Shown here piece after piece: positions 55,455 to 64,000 of a stretch of DNA of 64,000 nt. Position 1 is the first letter of the stretch. Each line of letters opens with the position of its first letter. Under the pieces are notes generated by a model. It was not told where the DNA came from and made no database searches. It saw nothing but the letters and a program-made list of their open reading frames with translations. Position numbers and translations under genes: made by a program. The DNA is from Octopus vulgaris (lineage: Eukaryota): positions 148,614,001 to 148,678,000 of the forward strand of contig OX597816.1 of assembly GCA_951406725.2 (NCBI GenBank), given 5' to 3'.

Positions 55455-56220
55455 TGGCCATCCACTCGTGACCGAGGAAGACCATTGCTGACCTTCAGGA
55501 ACATTGTGATCTCTAGGACTAATTTATATTTTGTATTTGCGGCTCTGTTGGTGGCTAATGAGTCCTGCTCTTGACAAGCGTACACGACTGCAAACATCGC
55601 AAACCAAGCTTTCTCCATTCTATTTCTTTACTACCCACAAAGGGTTAAACACAGAGGGGACAAACAAGGACAGACAAACGGATTAAGTCGATCATATCGA
55701 CCCCAGTGTGTAACTGGTACTTATTTAATCGACCCCGAAAGAATGAAAGGCAAAGTCGACCTCGGCGGAATTTGAACTCAGAACTCAGAACGTAGCGGCA
55801 GACGAAATACTGCTAAGCATTTCACCCGGCGTGCTAACGATTCTGCCAGCTCGCCGCCTTTCTCCATTCACTATACCAGCGATGCGCTTTCGAGCACCAT
55901 GCTTAAGTTCTTCATGCAGAATACGTGCTCTCTCAAAAGTGTCGGTCCCCTCCTTAACCTGCTTCCTCCATCTGTGGTGATGACAGGCAGTGTTCTTCCA
56001 GTCAGTCTCCTGAATATCACAGGCCTTAATGAGTACTTGACACAGTCCTTAAATCGCAGCCTTGGTTTCTACCGGGGTCTATTTCCATTCACAAGTTCCT
56101 CATATAGCATCTGCTTAGGGATCCTGTTATCCTTCATTCTAATAAGGTGTCCAGTCCAACGTAATCGGTGCTTGTGCACCATCGCCTCAATACTCAAGAT
56201 ATTAGCTGTCCTCAGGACAT
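55455..56220 (-). mobile_element. RTE-clade LINE 3' fragment interrupted by a SINE
   Basis: SIEAMVHKHRLRWTGHLIRMKDNRIPKQMLYEEL..KPRLRFKD and C-terminal CDVCSR. Confidence 0.85.
55621..55857 (-). mobile_element. Young SINE monomer with a 12-bp target-site duplication
   Basis: ctttctccattc occurs at both 55609-55620 and 55858-55869. Confidence 0.9.
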
Positions 56221-56248
56221 GGTGTCTATAGTTTTTAAGGCCCAATCA

Positions 56249-56318
<70 letters not shown>

Positions 56319-56321
<3 letters not shown>

Positions 56322-56900
56322 CAAAATAAGCAACAAGGATATCCAAAGTAGAGTAGTACAAATGTTTCATACTACTTCATTTTATTAAACACTGTAAGTA
56401 TTACATCAGTTTTAAAATGTCGAGCAATCTTCAGCCACAAATATAATTTTCCAATTAAACCCCTTCATTTATCTATAAATAGAAAAATTCTTGTCTCCAT
56501 TCAACCAAGAATAAAAAATCCCCTTCCCACTGATAGATCTAAATAACAAAGTGAACTCAATGATAAAATCTACAGACGGATAATGAATATACTACTATCA
56601 TGTTCTTAAGAATGTCTATATATCTACCTTCTTTATAATGATGGCAAATGAAATAGGGATAAGAATGTGCATTGTCCGTTTAATTGGAGAATTCTATATG
56701 TGGCTGAAGTTTGCTCGACATTTTAAAACTGATGTAATACTTACAGTGTTTAATAAAATGAAGTAGCATGAAACAATTGTACTACTCTACCTTGGATATC
56801 CTTGTTGCTTATTTTGATTTTAATCACCTTATTTTGAAATTGTATGGCTAATACCGTGCTAAATTCTGGTGCCTCAACGTACGTACCATATTCATCTGAA
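56319..56900. mobile_element. Inverted-repeat element 5: ~142-bp arms, each with a long-stem-II hammerhead
   Basis: Arms at 56319-56460 and 56678-56819. The ribozyme reads gtgg CTGAAG(A/T)..long hairpin..GAAAC aatt GTA ctac. (TA)n on both sides. Confidence 0.85.
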
Positions 56901-58249
56901 TATATATATATATATATATACACATATCTGATGTCTCCTGAGATCGCTGATTTTGTGACTTTTTATAATTTAGAAAGCAGTATCCATTCTCTGTATACAG
57001 TTTGAATAATGATCATCTAAAAATCAGATCTTCCTATTTTACATAGCTTTAACCCAGTTTATGAAAATAATGATATATACTAAAAGTAAATATTAGCGTA
57101 CTACGCAAGATTTGTGGAGAGTATGAAAGGTAATGTTTACCATTTCAATAAACATATAATTTAGTCTTGCTCTGAAAGTAGACAAAGCGATTACACTACA
57201 TACTTTTATCTCTTCGTGAATCAGTCTATTTCAAGTACTGTCAGATCATTATCAGGGAAAGAATGCTTTCATCTACTGTTTGCATGAAGCTCTAATATTG
57301 TAAACAAACTTGGAAAGAGATAAACTCGCTGAAGTCATTTGCATTAGAATGCATGCATACGCTGACAACATAGATTGATTTTCCATTATACAGCGGTTTG
57401 TGAATAATTATAATTAAAAAGAACATTTTAATAAATATATAATTCTTATCCACCGCTAAAAGCAAATGAAATGGTTATATGACAAATTTATCTTCCAGTA
57501 GATAGAAAAGTGAATCATCCAAATTATTTCTAGTCCTGATATACCGTAATAACTGAAGTGCCACATCTTTTCAAAGATTATAACAGCTATTTATAGTGAA
57601 TACAAACACGAACTGAGATAAAATGAAACCCGAATAAGGTCCGAATATTGACTAAGGGTGTTCATAGAACTTTTAGTCAACGGAGAAATAGTTAAATTTG
57701 CCATGTATTTATGTTATGTAGGTTTACATACATTATATCATATCTTTGTATTCCATAGACTGGGACCCCGCCTTCCTTGAAAGTATACTGATATGAATAA
57801 AGTATTCAACACTTATGCCATGCAAATTAGTAGCTTCTTTTCCTTGAAGCTTCTGGACTTGTGTATATAAACAGATCAACTGTTTATTTTTCTGGGATTG
57901 GTCAAGTGATGTAGACACTTCAGATGAGACGGCAATAAGGATGGAAAATCGATTAAAGTTGTTCATCATATTTCAGGAATGTCGTTAAACCTGCCATGCT
58001 TGTATTCCTGCTACCTAGATTCGCATATATACATGCGTGTGTGCATTTGTGTGTGTGTGTATATATATATATGCATACATGCATACATATATATGCATGC
58101 ATACATACGCGCACACGTGTATGTGCGTTTGTGTGTGTGTTAGAGAGTCTAGGTAGTAGGCAAACGAACATGACAGATTTAACTATTTTCCCATAGACTA
58201 AAAAAATGAACTACCTTACTCGATTTTCGATCCTTATTGGGTTTTCATG

Positions 58250-58332
58250 ACTCGTTTCCATAGAAGAAACCGATAAAATACAGGAGCTATAAGTCCTATA
58301 GAGAATGGAAATAATGATAAGAATAAATAAAT

Positions 58333-58425
<93 letters not shown>

Positions 58426-58500
58426 TCTATTCTTATTATTTCCATTCTCTATCGGACTGATAGCTCCTGTACCTTATCGGTTTCTTCTAAGGAAACAAGT
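58250..58500. repeat. Inverted repeat (~80-bp arms) around a (TA)n(GA)n spacer
   Basis: Arms at 58250-58332 and 58421-58500, with several mismatches. Confidence 0.8.
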
Positions 58501-59266
58501 AAGTCGGCCCTCGTCCAACACCAATGCATTTGCAGGCATATATGTACATATATGTATGTGCATCTACATACATATGCGTAGATGAGGGTCTCATGCCGGT
58601 GTGTAATGTAATTAAGTGAGTATGTACTTACTGTTGTAAGTGGAATATTAACAATAATATTTATTTTCAATGATGAGTTCGTGTGAGTCGCAATTTGAAT
58701 CTCTTGGTTTGGCATTTAGACAACAGGCTTTGTGGCTTTTGAAGCAGTCTTCTGTGCCCGTCGATTGGATCTGGTAGAATAACATTGAAAACAACTTTGG
58801 CAGCAATTCCCGATTGCACAGGTGGGTAAGTGGTGAAACAAAAAAAAGCTAAATAAAATTATTAGAATTTTCTGAGGATTTCTAAAGATTTTTATTGTGT
58901 GGCATTTCTGCTTAGAGCGAATTTCATAGATTTATCGACTTCAACACATGATGAACATACGAATGAACACTTAATCTTGGGAACAATCGTTTGAAGAATA
59001 AAATTTTGTAATGGTATTTTGGATAAAGAGGTTTTCTGGACTGCGACTAAAGAACACACTTATCTTAAGTTAATTTTTCTAATGTTGAATAGATATTTTT
59101 AAAAGGAAAGCGTTTAATATTAAGGTCAACTTTGCTCCTTCACGTGCATGTATTATATGAATTCATGGTTGCATTTTGTAGTACACCCATAAACACGTGT
59201 ATTTATTTAGCCATGCATTCACATACAAAAAGATGCATGCACACAGACAGACAGATAGATAGATAA

Positions 59267-59336
<70 letters not shown>

Positions 59337-59393
59337 GGATGGATGGATGGATGGATGGATGGATGGATGGATGGATGGATGGTTGGATGGTTG

Positions 59394-59493
<100 letters not shown>

Positions 59494-60923
59494 TTTAATT
59501 TCAAAGTAATTCATGGTTGAGGCGCATTAGTTTTGCTCTGAAGAGCTTATCAAACAAAAGAACATTTTTAAATGCTTGATGGAAACAAAAAATAAAAGTT
59601 TCTGGGACACAATAAGTTTAATGATTTCTTCAAAGATGAAATCTAGTGGCAGAAATGATTAGATGATGGCTGTCAACAAGACACGCTTCATTGATTTTAC
59701 AGACTCTGAGGAAGCGATGTTGTAGCATAATAAAACCTTCACAGGCAGTCACCACTAAGACCTCTCAAGCTAAGCAAGAATGGTCGTTCCTACTTATAAA
59801 ACTTAACAAAAATATTTGCAGGTGTGTGCTGATACCTATCAAACTGATATCAAATTATGAACGAAAAGTATATTCATACCCAAGTCTATCTGACGCATTA
59901 AGAATGAATATATACAAAATTTATTTGATTCTTGTGTCCTCACAATAGCGTGTGTGTGTGTATGTGTGTGCGTACGCACGCGCGCATTTGTATTGTTTGC
60001 ATACGTTTGTGTTTGTATATTATGCGTTTGTCTTCTAATTATCTTGGCTAATTTCAGTTGATCAAGGTTTTTCAACACGCTATATTACAAGCGAAGCCTT
60101 TCCCTTTTCATGTTTAGTATATTAAAGACACCTTCCGTGCTATTTTCCCCTGACCATATTGTCGTTTTCTATAGTCAGTGTCGCTATATTACCAATAGAT
60201 AAGCGTATGTATGTATGTATGTATGTATGTATGTATGTATGTATGTATGCATGCATGCATGCATGTACTGGGTATGTCTTTAAACTGCATCCGGTAGTGG
60301 GGCTCTAGTTCAGGAGTTCCAGGGTTGGAGGAATGTGGAACCCCCTCTTGGTTACTGTTGTTCTTATGTCTACTAGGCGTAGTAGCACCTGTGAAGTTCC
60401 CAACTGTGAATAATTAACGTATGCGATGGCATTCCATCTGAGCGCGGGGAGGCAGAAATACCTTTGGATAGTAGATAGTATCAGAGTGAGCAATAAGACT
60501 ACCGAGAGTGAGGGACACTTAGCTGTTATGAGGACACTCTGATGTAAAAGCTGAGTTTTCATGCGATTATTTGTTATCTCGCTTCTTCTACCTGTCACTC
60601 TGTACTAATCATAGAGACTCAAAGAATGACACTTGTCTTTTACAAGAGTTTATCACTATAATCCAACGATGTACAGATGCCTCTTTAGAGTAACCTCATT
60701 AGCCCTTCCATATTCTGAAAACCCTATAGCTATAGACGAGTGGCAGCGTGTGCAAACCTAACGAGTTAAAAGCTGGCAGTAAGATACAACTTTTGTTTTT
60801 CACCTATGCTTCAAACCATGCACGTTGTTATGGGAGAATCCTGTTCACCTCCACGTGACTGACGAGGGACTAGCTGATTACAATAAACAAGAACGGAGTG
60901 AACTGTGAGTGGAGTAGCTGACG

Positions 60924-61061
60924 GTGTTAGTTCAACGTGTGTTGGTTTACAGTGTTAGTTCAACGTGTGTTGGTTTACAGTGTTAGTTCAACGTGTGTTG
61001 GTTTACAGTGTTAGTTCAACGTGTGTTGGTTTACCGTGTTAGCTCGACATGTGTTGGTTTA
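60924..61061. repeat. 28-bp minisatellite, 5 copies
   Basis: Unit gtgttagttcaacgtgtgttggtttaca, head-to-tail with no spacers. Confidence 0.95.
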
Positions 61062-61934
61062 ACAGACGGTAGCTGAACAGTGAATACTGAGTAGCGTACG
61101 TACGTTCGAGTAGAACGGAGTGCGTTCTGTGTTAGCATACATTTTTGTCATAGGTTATTTTTATTTCGTTTTTGAATTTGGTTTGCAAGATTCTTTATAT
61201 GAGTTCGTGTGTTCAAGCATATTCTGTTGTGTGTGGGAGAGTCATTTTCTTTTTGTGCCTTATAATTTAACACACTCACCGGTAAAATTTCCACTTATTT
61301 CTTATTTTTATTTTCCTAAAAAATTTGTTGCGTCTTGCAACCTTTTCAATAGTCTTGACTCTCTTATTTTTAGATAACCACAACCAACTATTTATTTTTG
61401 TAATACCATTTTACACACATCTGCAATGGAACTGAATAGTCATATGAAAGGCAATGAACGGAAAGTCAACGAGAAAGTACAAGGAGACAGCAATCATACG
61501 TGAGGAGCAGCTGCCATGTATGTATGTATTGACCACTCTTCTACTTAGCCACTGACTAGAACATACTTCCTCTAAGAAATCCAGTAAGACCGAAGCATGC
61601 CTATTGTGTTCACCACTAGTCTTTAAAGACCAAATCCACACCAAACTGCCTGGTTGATATGTTGATATTGTTCAAAAACTTCCGATTGGCTGAATTTAAT
61701 GTTGCTTGGTGATTTTAGATTTTAAACACTTCTAGATGAAGTTTAATCAGCTAATTGCTTGAGTATTCTCTTGTGATTGAAATTTTGCAACAAGTCAATA
61801 TATTGCCTATGGAAGATCTTACAGTATTGTGTATTTAAAAAGTTTTTCCAGCGATATTTTACTCAACAATATTGTGTATAAAAGCATACAGACATGAATA
61901 TGTGTGTGTGTGTGTGTGCGTGTGCATGTATATC

Positions 61935-62140
61935 TTTATCTTTTATCTTTCATTTGTTTCAGTCTTAGACTGCAGCCATGCTGGTGCACTGACTTGAAGA
62001 ATTTTAGTCGAACGAATTTACCCCAGTACTTCTTTTAAGCTCGATACTTATTCTATCAATCTCTTTTACCGAACCGCTAGATCATGGTGAAGTTAACACA
62101 CCAACACTGGTTGTCAAGCGGTGGAGGGGACAAACAGATA
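61935..62140 (-). mobile_element. 3' half of the CORE-like SINE, diverged
   Basis: Similar to the reverse complement of 38570-38760. Confidence 0.7.
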
Positions 62141-62145
62141 CACAA

Positions 62146-62185
<40 letters not shown>

Positions 62186-64000
62186 TACACACATACATAC
62201 ACACAAACATACATAAATACACACACACAAATACACACACACAAACACACACACATACATATACATATACTTATGTGTGTGCGTGGCGGGGTGAGTGTGT
62301 GTGTAATGGAAATTGTGTCAAAATCCCGCTCAAACATGTAGATTGGGTTTGCCAATTCGGTTTATAAATATCCTCCAAAAACGTTGCTTAAAATTATTCC
62401 TAATGCCCAATAGAATTTGTAAACTAAAGACATCAGGTTAATTTCTACTTTAAGGATTCTTTTCCATGATACCAAACTATAGGTCCTCTGTCGTTCTTCG
62501 TTCTAAACCAAAGATCCACGGATAACATATAACTTCAGGCAAAAATCAGCCTCACTGTTTTTGAAATTTTAACAGAGTTATCAAGATGAGTTCATTTTAT
62601 TACTAATGTAATAGAAATAGAAATAAGAAAACTTACACGAAATATTTACTCAATGAAATCGGTTTCCATGCAAGATCAAGCAATAAATTAAAGCTTTTGG
62701 AGCGTTAAAAATCAATCACTAAAGTATATCTAAGTACAAAGAAGTTGGCCTTTGTAGGTTTTTGCCTGTTAGCTTAAAAAGAAACATGTAAAGTATATCT
62801 TATTTTTCATTAGGACTAACGGTACATGTGCACCGAAAGATCAGAAAAAATGTTTATTGCAACTCTGAGTCTTCAGGTTCCACTTCAATTACAAATTCCT
62901 TTGATTAACTTTTCTTTAGAAATTTACAGTTTTTTCCACATTTATCTCTGGATTTCAGAGTTATTTCATGTATGCGTTTTTTCGACGACTTACAGAAATT
63001 ATTGGAAAGAAACCTTGAGGCAGTCGTTTCCTGTTCATTTTTTTATACTTTTCGATACAATCTAATTCATTAAAAAACCGCTTGATATATCTGTATCCCT
63101 TAAAGACTTCCTTACTTAGGTTTTCCATCGAATATATTGATAACTTTCTCCTCCCTCAGTAGAGGTTCCTTTTACGACTACAACCCAAGCCTCGAATGTG
63201 CAGCTTTGATCAGAGGCAGGATATGTAAATGTTTGGATGCAGAGGCCAGATAATACTCAACGTTAATGCTTCTTTTTCCATATTTCTTCTTAATGCTGGA
63301 TGCTTTTCTCTTCCATATTTTCATATCCACCCCTACGACAAGGATGCCAGTGTGAATTTGGGTAGCTATGTCTCCCACTCTGGAATATTTCTTCTCTTGA
63401 AAGTGGCCTTCGGTTGATCTTTGCACCGCTATTTCTATCCTTCAGCCTGGTGACAACCATGGTTAAGTAGAAAAGTGAGCCAAATATGCGCAATATATAT
63501 TGAGTCGGTTTAGTGGATGTCTGTATAGTGCAGTGTCAGTTTGACAAAGGACTTCTGTGACTAAGGGGATTTTCTGCAGAAGCTGAATGTCAAACATCTC
63601 AAACTTTTCAATGCATCGGTTGTATGTAGGTGTGTCTCGCATCCGTACAGGAAAATGGAAATACAAAGTACCAACTACACGAGACACATGGTATGGAGTC
63701 TAAGAGAGTTCTTTAGAAAACTTTTTTCTAAGCCTTCTACATGCTACAGAAGCCTGTCTGATGCGATTTAGAGTCTTCCTTTAGAGAGGGCATTCATCAT
63801 AAATTTTGCTACTAAAGCGATGAATTGGGAAGATGTGTTTAGTTCCTACTATTAAAATAGGAGTGAAGAGAGAAGAATGTAGTATGCCATTAACTAATGA
63901 CCTTTTTTCTGGACCTTAATTTCAAACCCATTCTTTTAAAAACTTCAACAAATGTAAAGATGGTGACTTATAGAGGACCTGGAGTGTGTTACCAGAGCAC

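Noticed and set aside
60924-61061. CRISPR-like array of 28-bp repeats
   Set aside because: The repeats are contiguous with no unique spacers, there are no cas genes, and the context is eukaryotic.
63178-63990. Degenerate minus-strand frames, possibly a LINE remnant
   Set aside because: No diagnostic motif could be identified with confidence.

Overview
Eukaryotic, AT-rich, extremely microsatellite-dense non-genic or intronic DNA. The SINE families and repeat landscape strongly suggest an octopus (cephalopod) genome, which is an inference. Almost all ORFs in the supplied track are microsatellite artefacts, and no host gene can be called with confidence. Recognisable content: (i) one young, 5'-truncated Tx1/L1-clade LINE with an uninterrupted ~590-codon RT/CCHC frame, sitting inside a (GATA)n tract (42871-45030, minus); (ii) decayed R4/Dong-like, RTE, CR1-like and Penelope-like (Naiad-type) retroelement fragments; (iii) several mariner remnants and MITEs, a pogo/Tigger-like MITE and a non-autonomous Helitron; (iv) many tRNA-derived SINEs, some with a recurrent dimer junction. 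The most unusual signal is a cluster at 49.7-56.9 kb of five sequence-unrelated, (TA)n-bounded inverted-repeat elements, each carrying a type-I hammerhead ribozyme fold. Their catalytic cores show all three Watson-Crick versions of the 3-8 pair seen here (C-G, U-A, G-C). Further minimal hammerheads occur at 15.8, 35.3, 50.85 and 51.5 kb. All calls were made by eye; no database search or folding program was run.
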